Assembly (NCBI RefSeq): GCF_058153355.1
Contig: NZ_CM177019.1
Length of the DNA: 64,000 nt
Direction: 5' to 3' (one strand)
How positions within the stretch are numbered: the first letter of the stretch is position 1; each line of letters starts with the position of its first letter. A program made the position numbers and the translations under genes. Below the pieces are notes generated by a model. That model was not told where the DNA came from and did not search any database. It was given only the letters and a program-made list of their open reading frames with translations. Positions 28,390 through 41,196 of this stretch are shown piece after piece.

Positions 28390-28712
28390 TTTTTTGCATG
28401 CCCGTATTCAACGGCTTCTTTAAGGAGTTCATTTTCCATCGTTTTTTTGCCGAGCAGGCGCTGGAGTTCTTTAATCTGCTTCATGGCAGCAGCAAGTTCA
28501 GAGGCAGGAACGACCTGCTCTCCTGCGGCCACAGCAGTAAGACTTCCCTCCTGGTATTGCTTGCGCCAGAGAAATAACTGGCTGGCTGCCACACCGTGTT
28601 GCCGGGCAACAAGGGAGACCGTCATTCCCGGTTCAAAACTCTGCTGAACAATAGCGATCTTTTCCTGTGTAGTACGCCGTCTGCGTTTCTCCGGTCCTAA
28701 GACATCAATCAT
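28347..28712 (-). CDS. insC: IS2 OrfA (InsC, HTH)
   Basis: [41 protein letters not shown]; overlaps orfB in the -1 frame. Confidence 0.9.
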   Translation of the reverse strand: MIDVLGPEKRRRRTTQEKIAIVQQSFEPGMTVSLVARQHGVAASQLFLWRKQYQEGSLTAVAAGEQVVPASELAAAMKQIKELQRLLGKKTMENELLKEAVEYGHAKKWIAHAPLLPGDGE

Positions 28713-29789
28713 CTGCTCTCCAATGACTAGTCTAAAAACTAGTATTAAGACTATCACTTATTTAAGTGATATTGGTTGTCTGGAGATTCAGGGGGCCAGT
28801 CTACACTTCCTCATGAACATCTGTTCAACGATCTTTCCTCTGTTGTGGATGCTCCTTGCTATCCTTTTTCACAACGGCTTGTTGATAAAAAAGTCACGGC
28901 AGAAATCCAGTGGGCATTAAAACACGATCCTTATTGCTGCGCTGATAATATGGACCGCAAACCTATTGAAGATGTGATCTTCGAAATTAATAACTTTATC
29001 TCGCTCGGTGGTCGCACCATTATTGATGCCACAGGGTCTGAGTCTATCGGACGAGATGCGCAGGCATTACGAGAAGTCGCATTAAAAACAGGTCTGAATA
29101 TTGTTGCTTCCTCCGGTCCCTACCTGGAAAAATTTGAAAACCAGAGAATTCATAAAACGGTTGATGAACTGGCGACAACGATCGATAAAGAATTGAATCA
29201 AGGGATTGGCGATACGGATATTCGTGCCGGAATGATCGGTGAAATAGGTGTTTCACCGACATTTACCGAAGCCGAGCATAACAGCTTGCGGGCTGCCTCG
29301 CTGGCACAGATTAACAATCCTCATGTGGCGATGAATATTCACATGCCGGGCTGGCTTCGTCGCGGTGATGAAGTACTCGACATTGTGTTAGGTGAAATGG
29401 GCGTCTCGCCAAATAAAGTCTCTCTCGCACACTCGGATCCGTCAGGAAAAGACGTGGCGTATCAGCGGAAAATGCTTGATAAAGGTGTCTGGCTGGAATT
29501 CGACATGATTGGCCTAGACATTACCTTCCCGAAAGAGGGAATAGCGCCAGGGGTGCAGGAGACTGCCGATGCCGTCGCTCATCTCATTGAGTTGGGATAC
29601 GCCGATCAGCTTGTTCTCAGCCACGATGTCTTCCTTAAACAAATGTGGGCTAAAAATGGCGGTAATGGCTGGGGATTTGTTCCAGATGTTTTTCTGGCCT
29701 ATCTGGCGGAGCGCGGCGTCGATAAAACGATCCTCAAAAAACTCTGTATCGATAATCCCGGACGATTATTGACCGCATAAAACCATTAT

Positions 29790-29812
29790 CCCCCGGCACA
29801 TTGCGCCGGGGG
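29790..29812. terminator. Hairpin between the Php-like gene and the ggt fragment
   Basis: CCCCCGGC acattgc GCCGGGGG. Confidence 0.5.
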
Positions 29813-29819
29813 ATGTCAA

Positions 29820-30150
29820 TTAATACCCCGCCGTTAAATCATCCACCAAGCGCGAGTCGGATGCGCCGTACAACTCACCATCCGACCCAACCATAATGCT
29901 TTGCGTGCTGCCCATCGCCTCATTCAGCGCCACTTTCTGACCTTTTGCATCCAGCAGCTTGAGCGTATCCGGACTAAACCCTTTTCAACACGCAGCTCGT
30001 CCGGCAACCACTGATAGTGGAAACGAGGCGCATTGGTCGCTTCGGCAACATTCATTCCACAATTGATGCTGTTCACCACCATTTGCAGCACGGTAGTGAT
30101 GATCCAGCTACCGGTAACAAAGTGAGTACATAAAGGCCATACTGTCACGA
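29820..30150 (-). pseudogene. ggt: Gamma-glutamyltranspeptidase 3' fragment (frameshifted, 5' end missing)
   Basis: Minus-strand peptides ...IITTVLQMVVNSINCGMNVAEATNAPRFHYQWLPDELRVEKG and, in another frame, ...DSRLVDDLTAGY* match the GGT C-terminus; fragment abuts the ISL3-like element. Confidence 0.7.
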
Positions 30151-31907
30151 ACAGTGCAAAAGTGGCTCTTCCGCAACCTGGGTGAAGATTTTCATGCCAG
30201 TGGACTCATTACCCTCCGCCTAAGTAGTTCAAGTCCGGCTCGACCATACATCTGGCGTATCAGCACCTTCAGGCGATTTACATGACCTTCGACAACACCA
30301 GTACTCCAGCGACTGCTGATTGCCTCACATATAGCCGCAGCATCAGCTTCCATCCCCGCAGCTACGCACCGAAGTTCTGCTGAGCCGCTTTCGTGGACCC
30401 GAGTGAACCAGCTGCTTAGCTGTGATTTATTTTAGGTTTTCAGAATACGGTAGAACTCGAGTACCAGTTGCTGCGCTATTTTCAACTCCGGTTCTTTTTC
30501 ACACATCAGACTAATAAATCGGAAAGCATAATTTTCTTCACCCCTGATTATTCTCCAGGGCATCAACCAGCGGCTTACCCGGGACACTGAAGGAAGTCTT
30601 GCGGCAGTAGTAACCGGTGGGATCCAGCCTTTACGCCATTTGGCAACAGCATCCCTGACGATGGTTTCACTGCCTGTAACCCCCCTGGCCACCATTTCCC
30701 GCCATATCCGGCCGGAGTTATAATTACCACATTCTCGTTGCTCTTTTAACCACTCCCTCCATGGGTCCAGAAGCCCTCGCTTTGGAGGCCTAGTTGACAT
30801 TTCAGGGAATGTTCCTGAACCCACCCAGCGACTGACTGTCACTCGCGACAGGCCTGTAATACGGGATATTTCCCTGAAACTACATCCCTTGTTATGCAGG
30901 GCCATAACCTCTGTCCAACGCTGATGCCGTTTTTTGCGGATGTGCTGTTTAAGGCGTTCCAGACGACGGAGCGATGCTACAGGCACAGATATTTCTGGCT
31001 CAGGTGATTTCTTCAGTGATAACTCTCTGACAACAAGACGTATCAGAGGCATATGTCTGTACATCATTCGTTCAGGCTCATCACCAATATTTTTTAGCAG
31101 GTGCCATCGATCGGCCACCTGTCTGGCCTGAGGTGCACCTTCACGTGCTGCTGTCGCATAGACTCCACTGCGATCACGCGAGACAACCTGTATTTCCGGA
31201 TATTTTCTGAACCAGGTCGCCAGCGTACGCTGATCACGGCCGGGAAGCAGGACGAGGGGACGGTGAGTATCAAGATTGACTATTAACATACCGCAGCAGT
31301 GGCCCCGATGCCACGCCCACTCATCAATACCGACATGAGGCGCGCCTGACTGTTTCGTCTCCGGGGTATTGATAACCCTGCGAAGAAGAGTATCAGCACT
31401 GCAACGGAGACCCGCTGCCGTTGCAGCCCGTTTTCCAGCCTCACCTCCAGCTATTAATCCCAGTTGACGTTGTAAATTTTGTAACGCCTGTGAAGACTGC
31501 TGGTGTGAACCGGCGAAGGGAGCAAGCGACTCGGCAAAAATTTTACGTGAACAAGCCGGGTTACGGCAGTACCAGTGGCGGACGGAAAATACAAGCCATA
31601 GCGTCTGCCCTGAGCAGGGTAGATGCTGTATCCGGCGCCGACGACAACTATGAACAGAGTCGCTACGCTTAAAGCATTCAGGACATTGTGCTGTTTTGCG
31701 TTTTCCGTGGAGATGGAGGGTTATACCGTCAGAGCTAATAATTTGTCGACTGCATCGCCATCCGCAAGGTAACTGTAGAAGTGTCTTAAGAGAGTGCATT
31801 GCGTTGCCCATAACTTAAAACAGCTTAGATCCTTGTTCGCCAGAAAGTTTCATCCATTTTCTTCCACCCAGGTTGCGGAAGAACCACTTTTCATCCGTCG
31901 TTGACAG
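30142..31907 (-). mobile_element. ISL3-family insertion sequence with about 43-bp imperfect terminal inverted repeats
   Basis: Ends ctgtcacgaacagtgcaaaagtgGCTCTTCCGCAACCTGGGTG (30142-) and its inverted complement ending at 31907; encloses the transposase ORF. Confidence 0.75.
30432..31811 (-). CDS. ISL3-family transposase
   Basis: 459-aa ORF with N-terminal zinc-ribbon pattern (CPECFKRSDSVHSCRRRRIQHLPCSGQ...RHWYCRNPACSRKIFAE) typical of ISL3 transposases. Confidence 0.8.
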   Translation of the reverse strand: MGNAMHSLKTLLQLPCGWRCSRQIISSDGITLHLHGKRKTAQCPECFKRSDSVHSCRRRRIQHLPCSGQTLWLVFSVRHWYCRNPACSRKIFAESLAPFAGSHQQSSQALQNLQRQLGLIAGGEAGKRAATAAGLRCSADTLLRRVINTPETKQSGAPHVGIDEWAWHRGHCCGMLIVNLDTHRPLVLLPGRDQRTLATWFRKYPEIQVVSRDRSGVYATAAREGAPQARQVADRWHLLKNIGDEPERMMYRHMPLIRLVVRELSLKKSPEPEISVPVASLRRLERLKQHIRKKRHQRWTEVMALHNKGCSFREISRITGLSRVTVSRWVGSGTFPEMSTRPPKRGLLDPWREWLKEQRECGNYNSGRIWREMVARGVTGSETIVRDAVAKWRKGWIPPVTTAARLPSVSRVSRWLMPWRIIRGEENYAFRFISLMCEKEPELKIAQQLVLEFYRILKT

Positions 31908-32094
31908 ATGTGAAGTATGCGGGAGAAAAAGTGAATATCTAACTGTAATAACTCAGACCGGTACGAGTACTCGGAACGTCTACAATCATTCAGGGCAAAG
32001 TGCTAAAATTTCTCTATCCCGGGATGCCCCTACCAACGCAGCACTCCCGGAGATATCATTACAGCTCTGCAACTGATTTCCGCGACTGAACCGC

Positions 32095-32505
32095 TCAGTT
32101 CCTATCCTTCCAGTTGCCTTCCTGCAGCCCCCCCTCCCTGCTGTATACCCCGGTACCACAACGCGGGCAGCACTTTTCTCCTTCATAATCTTCGTCACAC
32201 ATCACACAAAACCACTTTCTCACCTTCACCGTATAATCCGGAACCGTCATACCCTGCAGATGCAAACGACGGGCCTCTTTCTCTGCCGGGTCAAGCCAGG
32301 TGCATCGCAGCAGGATTTTCTCAGCGACAGTCATCTGGTCATGTTCAAACCACGGTGGTTGTCCGTCATTGCCCCGCTGAAGTGTTAACGGGCATCCACA
32401 GGACACACAGCACAAAACGTCCTGGCGGTTGTGCTTCGCTGCTTCTTTCGCCGTAACAAAATGGCCTTTGCTGTCATTCGCCATATAACAGTTCAGAATT
32501 CGCAT
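32095..32505 (-). CDS. Cysteine-rich putative zinc-binding protein (paralog B)
   Basis: Start MRILNCYMANDSKGH after GGAGGAA RBS; CxxC...WFEH...CxxC-x7-CxxC pattern; tandem paralog of the upstream gene. Confidence 0.6.
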   Translation of the reverse strand: MRILNCYMANDSKGHFVTAKEAAKHNRQDVLCCVSCGCPLTLQRGNDGQPPWFEHDQMTVAEKILLRCTWLDPAEKEARRLHLQGMTVPDYTVKVRKWFCVMCDEDYEGEKCCPRCGTGVYSREGGLQEGNWKDRN

Positions 32506-32900
32506 ATTTCCTCCTGAGTTGTCCGGGGAATACTGAATCCTCCGGTCTGGCAGTGTGTGCAGTACCGCTCCCCATAATAATCGTGGTGACATTGTCTGCA
32601 GTGCCAGCTGGCTTTACGCACCACGGGTAAGGCACCCGGTACGAATTGCTGCAGACGTTTAATCAACTGTATTTCTCTGCGCTCCGGCCTGACATAAGGG
32701 CACTGTTGACCGTGCTCTGTCAGCCTGTCGTCAGTGTGTTCAAACCAGGGAAGTTCAGTGTCGTATTGCGGATGGTATCTGAGTGCACTGCCACACAAGT
32801 GGCAGGTGTAGTTAGCATAAGGTGCGGCCTGTGCAGTACGGGCGCCCGTCAGACGTCCGTTGCCATCAAGAGCGATAAAGGATTTTGCGTACATAGCCAT
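32493..32900 (-). CDS. Cysteine-rich putative zinc-binding protein (paralog A)
   Basis: 135-aa ORF MAMYAKSFIALDG...; CHLC...WFEH...CRQCHHDYYGERYCTHC; overlaps the start of paralog B. Confidence 0.6.
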   Translation of the reverse strand: MAMYAKSFIALDGNGRLTGARTAQAAPYANYTCHLCGSALRYHPQYDTELPWFEHTDDRLTEHGQQCPYVRPERREIQLIKRLQQFVPGALPVVRKASWHCRQCHHDYYGERYCTHCQTGGFSIPRTTQEEICEF

Positions 32901-33153
32901 ATTCCTCAGCCGCCAGACGACACGCAGGCAACAGCCGTCCCGGTACGGGCAGCGTGGTCAGGGTGTGAATGGCGGTTCAGTTAAAATCTGGACTGGAGTT
33001 TGGGTAAAGCAGGCTGGTTGCTGTTACAGCACTGTGGTTGTCACACAATGGAACACTGACGTAAAAAACAGTCAGTGGGCGAGTGGATACATCGTTGCCG
33101 CCAGACAACAACCCATACTTTTGGTTTGCCGGATATTGGCGCGCCAGTCGTGC

Positions 33154-33723
33154 TCAACTCCGGCTACAGCCAAAATTGCGCTCACCGGTGCAGTGAGCTT
33201 TGGTATGTTCCTTCGCCAGATAGTCAGCACGTTCCAGCACCTGCTGAAAGCCAGTGTCATCATCGCGTTCCAGCCACACCGCCGGCCAGGCCGGAAAATG
33301 CACCAGCGTGGCATGGCACCCGACATCCACTCCCAGGGCACTGCACCACGCCTGTTTAATCATCCCGGCCAGTGATCCCGGAGCACGGTAATCACCGGCA
33401 CGACACCAGGTATCCCGGTTAACCAGCAGCATCAGGTGATAGTGTTTTTTACCTTTGCACTCCCCAAACTCCCGGGCCCAGACGTAATGCAGGGTTGTGG
33501 GATGCACGCGTTTACCTTCCCGATGCTTACGTTTCTGGTAAGCGTCGATTCGGGCTTTCAGGGCATTGATGAAGCGGGATATCACAGCTGCGTCCGTTGC
33601 TGCCGGTACATCCGGGAAACGCAGGTCAACCCGCAATGCCGTCAGGCGGGGATGAACATTCAGTGCGTGCCGCACCGTCTCACGAATACGTTGCTGCCAG
33701 AAGGGGTTGTATTTGTAGGTCAT
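33154..33723 (-). CDS. YagK/YfjJ-family (inovirus Gp2-like) island protein
   Basis: ORF 33154-33759; start at MTYKYNPFWQQRIRETVRHALNVHPRLTALRVDLRFP, matching the YfjJ/YagK N-terminus. Confidence 0.7.
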   Translation of the reverse strand: MTYKYNPFWQQRIRETVRHALNVHPRLTALRVDLRFPDVPAATDAAVISRFINALKARIDAYQKRKHREGKRVHPTTLHYVWAREFGECKGKKHYHLMLLVNRDTWCRAGDYRAPGSLAGMIKQAWCSALGVDVGCHATLVHFPAWPAVWLERDDDTGFQQVLERADYLAKEHTKAHCTGERNFGCSRS

Positions 33724-35248
33724 GGTTAAATCTCCGTATGGTTCATACGGAATAGCCACGTCGTAAAAAATGCGCAGAGTCCCTGAAGTGACCTCCGGCA
33801 GGACACTGTCTCAGGCACTCTGTGATACCCCAACTATCGTCTCCGGACTGACGGTTGAATTTTCAGCGTTGTTTTTTTAATGTAAAAAACCGGTTACGGG
33901 TAAGGCTGTGAGGAGGGAGTGATGGTGATACGCAAAAAGAAGTGCAGGGACTGTGGAAACGCGATTACTCATAATACATGTTGCCCGTATTGTGGTTCTG
34001 TCGACCCCTTCGGCTATTACCGGAATACAGACCGTATCGTTACCATACTGCTGGCACTGATTATTGTGGTCCTGCTGACTACTGTCAGCGTCAGTCAGTG
34101 TGTATATACTGTGTAGCTGGTGAGATAACGGTTCATGTATCCCCTGAGCTGACAGTGTACCGGGTATATTAAGCGTAACCGACAGGTTCTCCTTCATACC
34201 ATATTAAATTTTTCCAGGTATTGCCGCTGCCTTATTTCGTCCCATACAGGAAAACTCGTCTGGGTTTCTGACAAATACGCGAAACTCACAGCCCCTCAAT
34301 ATCAACCACACGCTGTAAGCCGGTAATACCTGAAAATCAGCCTATTACCGCCCGCGCCTCCGTTACCGAACGCTCAGGTGACCAGACTGAAGCCCAGCAC
34401 GCACTCGTAAAATTTGCGGTCAGTTCCGTCAGTCAGTGGGCAACCGCAGAGTTACGGGCTTCCAGGTCCACAGGAGTGAGTCTATAACGCGTGTGGGAAA
34501 TCATTTTTTCTGGCGTTGACAGAACGCCTTACGGGCTGCCACTTACCCGGTGTCCCGCAATACAGCCTTAGTGTTCCGTTATCGGGGATCAGGACGCACC
34601 GCAACAACCGGGGAAGTATTTCTGGTTAGAGCTGTGTCAAGAGGGATTTCTCAGCCCCTCACTCACCGGCTCAGTCTCAGGGCAGAAGCATTAATACGCT
34701 CAGTTCATGTCTTATACAGGAATGGGCATGGGGGGAGCTGGCGTGTCACTGCTGATTTTACGCATCAGCGTTCATGTATCTGCACTCTGATACAGAATGC
34801 TTCACAGCGCTCTGTTACCGGAGAGATTTACTCTCTTAGGTTATTCTGGCAAATCCTTTACGTTACTCTCTGATGACTTCTTATATTTATAATACCAATC
34901 AGACAACCTTATCCCATCGGTGATATCAGTCTCCTGCTCGCCAGGAACGGGCTGACTCACTGTAACCACCTCCGAAAACAACTCTGCAATTATCAGAACG
35001 CCTGCTTCTCTCCCTGTCCTCACGAAAACTATCCCCTCTTTATCGCGCGTGCGTGCGGAAGCATCTTTTCGCAACAACCCCCCCGGGATTCCGCTACGGC
35101 TCTGCCATCGCAATCCCCCCGTTTATCTCCGGACAGCCACATTCCCGATTATTTTTTACGTTTCTCCCCGGTTGTTATGCCGGTGAAGGTGGCGCGCTGT
35201 TTTCATGACCACACCGGCTGGTTTAACAACATCCGGAGGAACATTCTC

Positions 35249-35455
35249 ATGGCTACCCCAGTTTCGCTGATGGATGACCAGATGGTCGACATGGCGTTTA
35301 TCACTCAACTGACCGGCCTAACCGATAAGTGGTTTGACAAACTCATCAAAGATGGGGGCTTTCCTGCGCCCATCAAAATGGGGCGCAGCTCCCGCTGGCT
35401 GAAAAGTGAAGTGGAAGCCTGGCTGCAGGCGCGTATTGCACAGTCCCGTCCGTAA
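35249..35455 (+). CDS. AlpA-family prophage regulatory protein (excisionase-like HTH)
   Basis: MATPVSLMDDQMVDMAFITQLTGLTDKWFDKLIKDGGFPAPIKMGRSSRWLKSEVEAWL; GGAGGA RBS 8 nt upstream. Confidence 0.8.
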   Translation: MATPVSLMDDQMVDMAFITQLTGLTDKWFDKLIKDGGFPAPIKMGRSSRWLKSEVEAWLQARIAQSRP

Positions 35456-35548
35456 TTTTTAACCACTAACCCTTCGCCCACAGCAGACGCAATCTCCGGC
35501 CTGCCGGCGGCGCTCTGCTGCCTGTTATCCCCCGTGAGGAATATGAAA

Positions 35549-36151
35549 ATGAAACAACAGTATCAGACCCGTTACGAGCTGCTCCATGAAAACTACCAGA
35601 AATGGCTGACCGGCTTCACCCGGCACGCCGTATCATGGGGCGTGTGTCATCCGAATATCTACTATTTCCATAATCTGACGCCCGGGTGGGTGTCATTCAA
35701 TGGCGAAAAACCGGAGATTGCCATCGTTCCCCAGAGTCTGCACCGGCTGATTTATGGTCCGGACAAACGGAGCTCCCCGTCCCTGGATGATGATCTGGTG
35801 GTGAATTTATGCACCAGCGAACACCTGCTGGTTCATCATCCGATGCTGGAAGGGATCCTGCTGTCTGAATGTGAGCGCCTGAAGCAACATTCTCTGGCAA
35901 ACAAACTGATCAGCCTCTTCCGTCAGTTTGGCGGCACGGAGTTACGTCTCAAACTGGTCTGGCTCTGCTGGCTTGACTTAATGACCGGAAACAGCCTTGA
36001 CGACTGGACGAAAAACCTGAAACACAAATCAGAAAAAGATCTGGAGCAATGGATCATTGCACGTCAGGGTCAGAGTGAACCACTGACAAATCTGATGGAT
36101 CAGTACGTGCTTATGGCATACCGTACATCGGTTGATGCCGCTCACAGTTGA
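35549..36151 (+). CDS. Hypothetical island protein
   Basis: About 200-aa ORF directly downstream of the alpA-like gene; no family recognised. Confidence 0.5.
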   Translation: MKQQYQTRYELLHENYQKWLTGFTRHAVSWGVCHPNIYYFHNLTPGWVSFNGEKPEIAIVPQSLHRLIYGPDKRSSPSLDDDLVVNLCTSEHLLVHHPMLEGILLSECERLKQHSLANKLISLFRQFGGTELRLKLVWLCWLDLMTGNSLDDWTKNLKHKSEKDLEQWIIARQGQSEPLTNLMDQYVLMAYRTSVDAAHS

Positions 36152-37012
36152 TGTCTGAGAACCACAGGCTGGCAGCAGAAAACCAGCCCTGTGGTAAAAT
36201 ACAGTAATAGCGGCGTACATCAGGCACGCCGCTCACTCGTCCACAGATCATATACGTCATTATACTGCGCGATAACGGAGGGCTTCAGCACCCGGTCATT
36301 TCTGAGCGGGTATGAATACCATTGATGATGCGAAGCAGCCACGGGCAGAAACGTTCTTCACAACCAGGTGCCTCCATCTTCACTGCAGTCTGAATGTGCC
36401 GGCTTGTTATCCACCAGAAATGGTATGCTCCGGTACATGCATACCCCGGAGACTATAAACGCACTGAATCATAGCCTCCCACCTCAGCAGGAGGCAGTCA
36501 GCTTTCAGGCGGAAAAACGTTGCAGTTAAAGATCGTGAGAATCGCTGTTTCGTTGCATAGCAACCCGAACAGTTGTAGTGAAACATTTTACCTGCATCAG
36601 CACATGGTCAGGCGCCGTCTGTATGGCGTGGAATACTGATGTTTCGGCTGATGGCAAGCCTCATTCTCTGTGGAAACAGGGGCGCGCATTAGCTTCTCAA
36701 CCAGAGAGTGTCACAAAGACAAATATTGCTGAAAATCGCATTCATCGTTCAGGCGTGAATGCCCGGAGACAAAAGCCGCTGTCCACACAGTCCCCCTCTG
36801 ACCTGAACAAAAAGCATACACACAACAGGCTCACCTGACCCCGAAAAACCATAACTTCAGCAATACCAGTGACACCAGCACGTTACCTCAGTGCCACATC
36901 TTCAGACCGCGATCAATCTGAAATGTGACTATCGGGGCAATATCCCTGCTTTGTGGTACACGATAACCAGAAAACATCCCCTGAACCGCCAGCCAGAAAG
37001 ACTGGCCACAAA

Positions 37013-38970
<1,958 letters not shown>

Positions 38971-40404
38971 AAGGGGTAAGCTGAAATCGTTTATGGATTA
39001 CATCGACATATGCCTGGCAGAGAATGTCCGGAATGACGAGGTTATCTTTGCGGAGATTAAGGCAATGGTATACGGGCCGACGTTCCATGCCGCGTTACTA
39101 CATTCAGCCCGGACGTAAAATGCGCCCGTCAAAAAGAACGGTTCGCTTCGAAACTCAGCCAGGATACCACCTCTCCGCCACACCCGAGAAGAAGTTGATA
39201 TGGTGGTTGCCGGACAACAGCGCTCCTGGATTGACTGCTGCATCACTCAACCACGCTGAATATCAAAGGAGAGCGTTACCGGTTAAAAGAGAAACGTAAA
39301 GCTGTGGTGATGACCCAAAACGCAACGCCTGTCAGTGAGGATGAAATGGTGAAAAGCGGACAGCATCAGTAACGGAAGTATCTTAGCGGGTACGAAAATG
39401 GCAGGATCGTGACATTGACAGAATATCTCCTGATCATCCTGAATGACTGCAGTTGCTGTAGAAAAGTAAGCTGTCTCCACCCACGGCACCACTTAACAGG
39501 CATTCCGTAACTTCCCCCAGACTTACTATGACGCATTATCGGTGCACTGAAAACGGGAGAGTGCGCTTAAAACCGCAGACCGCATGCGGGTGTTACTGCA
39601 TGACAGTCTGGCCGTATTGTGAGATGTCGGCAGGAACCGATGTCCGCGCAGGGGGGAACTTCCTGCAGTACCTGACGCTTCAAATGGTATTAACCGTAGG
39701 GTGTTGTTGGTTCCGGATCGCGGAAATGGGAGCACAGGTCTGCTACGGGGTGTACCTCTGACAGTATATCCGGCTCGCTCATCTGACAGCCTCTCTCCCG
39801 GAAAAGACCAAAAATGAGATCGTCTCCTCAACAGCAGAGAAGAGGTCTTGACAGACAGGCTACATTGCATACGATTTATGAAGAAAAAGACAGCAAATAT
39901 GGAGGTTATAGCGGAGAATACCCTACGAAATTCCTATGAAAAACGATTGAAAAAAATATCAAATTCGATTCGTTTTTATATGCTTTTTGGGAGCGTGGCG
40001 ATGACGAACTGTTGCATGTGCAGAGGAGAATGCACCCGGAAGCACCAGAATCATCCAGAAAGGCAGAACGATTACGCATCAAACCAGGAGACAGCAATAT
40101 CAAGGTAATATACTGATTTAAAATGAATTTACAGCAATACGTAAAAACATTTTTTACTTAAAGGAGACAGATGCGCTGAAGAGAGTGCAGGTATTTTTAT
40201 ATAAAAATGAGAAGTTTACGGGATGTATATCCGGCACACTATGACCGGAGAATATCAGTCAAGCTTAAAAAGACAATAAATACAGTGAGTTAAATACACA
40301 GAGAAAACGTAGTATCAGAGGGTACATCTGTAAGCGTCTTATCAGGACCGTCTGGCAAATTCCCGATGCTTTGGACAAAGTATCCACCACTAAATTAATA
40401 GTGG

Positions 40405-40833
40405 GTGATAAAAATGTCAGATATACAAAAAAATGCCTCTCCGGGAAGGCCTAAAGGGTGCCTGAATTATCCTCCTGAATTCAAACAACGACTCATAGAA
40501 GCATCATTCCAGCCAGGTGTTTCAATTTCCAGACTGGCCCTGGACAATGGTATTAATGCCAATCTGTTGTTCAAATGGCGTCAGAAATGGCGGCAGGGGA
40601 AGATAAAATTGCCATCATCAGAATCAGGCAGAGAATCTCAGTTAATTCCTGTCACTATTGATGCCCAACTCCCAACTGCTCCGGCTAATGAGCCACTGAC
40701 CGCAAGACCGTCAGTAACACCGGAAATACACAGCATCTCCTGTGAGATTACGTTCAGAAACGGCACCCTTCGGTTGAACGGGGCAGTGAATGAAAATCTG
40801 CTGTCCTTGCTTATACAGGAGCTGAGACGGTGA
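40405..40833 (+). CDS. IS66 family accessory protein TnpA (Orf1)
   Basis: 142-aa ORF, first gene of the IS66 module. Confidence 0.85.
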   Translation: MIKMSDIQKNASPGRPKGCLNYPPEFKQRLIEASFQPGVSISRLALDNGINANLLFKWRQKWRQGKIKLPSSESGRESQLIPVTIDAQLPTAPANEPLTARPSVTPEIHSISCEITFRNGTLRLNGAVNENLLSLLIQELRR

Positions 40834-41177
40834 TATCTCTCCCTGCAGGTTCGCGTATCTGGCTGGTTGCAGGTATCACCGATATGCGAAATGGCTTTAA
40901 CGGCCTGGCCTCAAAAGTTCAGAACGTCCTGAAGGATGACCCGTTCTCCGGGCATCTGTTCATCTTCCGCGGACGCCGGGGTGACCAGATAAAAGTGTTG
41001 TGGGCTGACAGTGACGGACTGTGCCTCTTCACCAGACGCCTGGAGCGGGGCCGCTTCGTCTGGCCGGTCACCCGTGACGGCAAGGTGCACCTTACTCCGG
41101 CCCAGTTATCCATGCTTCTTGAGGGCATCGACTGGAAACACCCGAAACGAACGGAACGCGCTGGCATCCGCATATAA
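40830..41177 (+). CDS. IS66 family TnpB (Orf2)
   Basis: 115-aa ORF MISLPAGSRIWLVAGITDMRNGFNGL typical of IS66 Orf2. Confidence 0.88.
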   Translation: MISLPAGSRIWLVAGITDMRNGFNGLASKVQNVLKDDPFSGHLFIFRGRRGDQIKVLWADSDGLCLFTRRLERGRFVWPVTRDGKVHLTPAQLSMLLEGIDWKHPKRTERAGIRI

Positions 41178-41196
41178 CCCGTTGTAAAGTGAGGAT

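Larger units (their letters stand above)
27473..28803 (-). mobile_element. IS2 (IS3 family), 1,331 bp, flanked by 5-bp target-site duplication CACTT
   Basis: Ends TGGATTTGCCCCTATATTTCCAGACA and ...GGGGGCCAGTCTA match IS2 termini; CACTT at 27468-27472 and 28804-28808. Confidence 0.93.
27410..29780 (+). pseudogene. Phosphotriesterase-homology (Php-like amidohydrolase) gene split by IS2
   Basis: 5' 21 codons MKDYLQTVTGPVAREDMGLTL end at 27472; coding resumes after IS2 at 28804 with PHEHLFNDLS... (HxH metal motif); 3' ORF 28776-29780. Confidence 0.75.

Noticed and set aside
33760-36200. Search for a tyrosine integrase and att sites near the alpA-like gene
   Set aside because: No integrase-like ORF is present near alpA or the tRNA-Asn genes; the island appears to be a decayed remnant rather than an intact integrative element.
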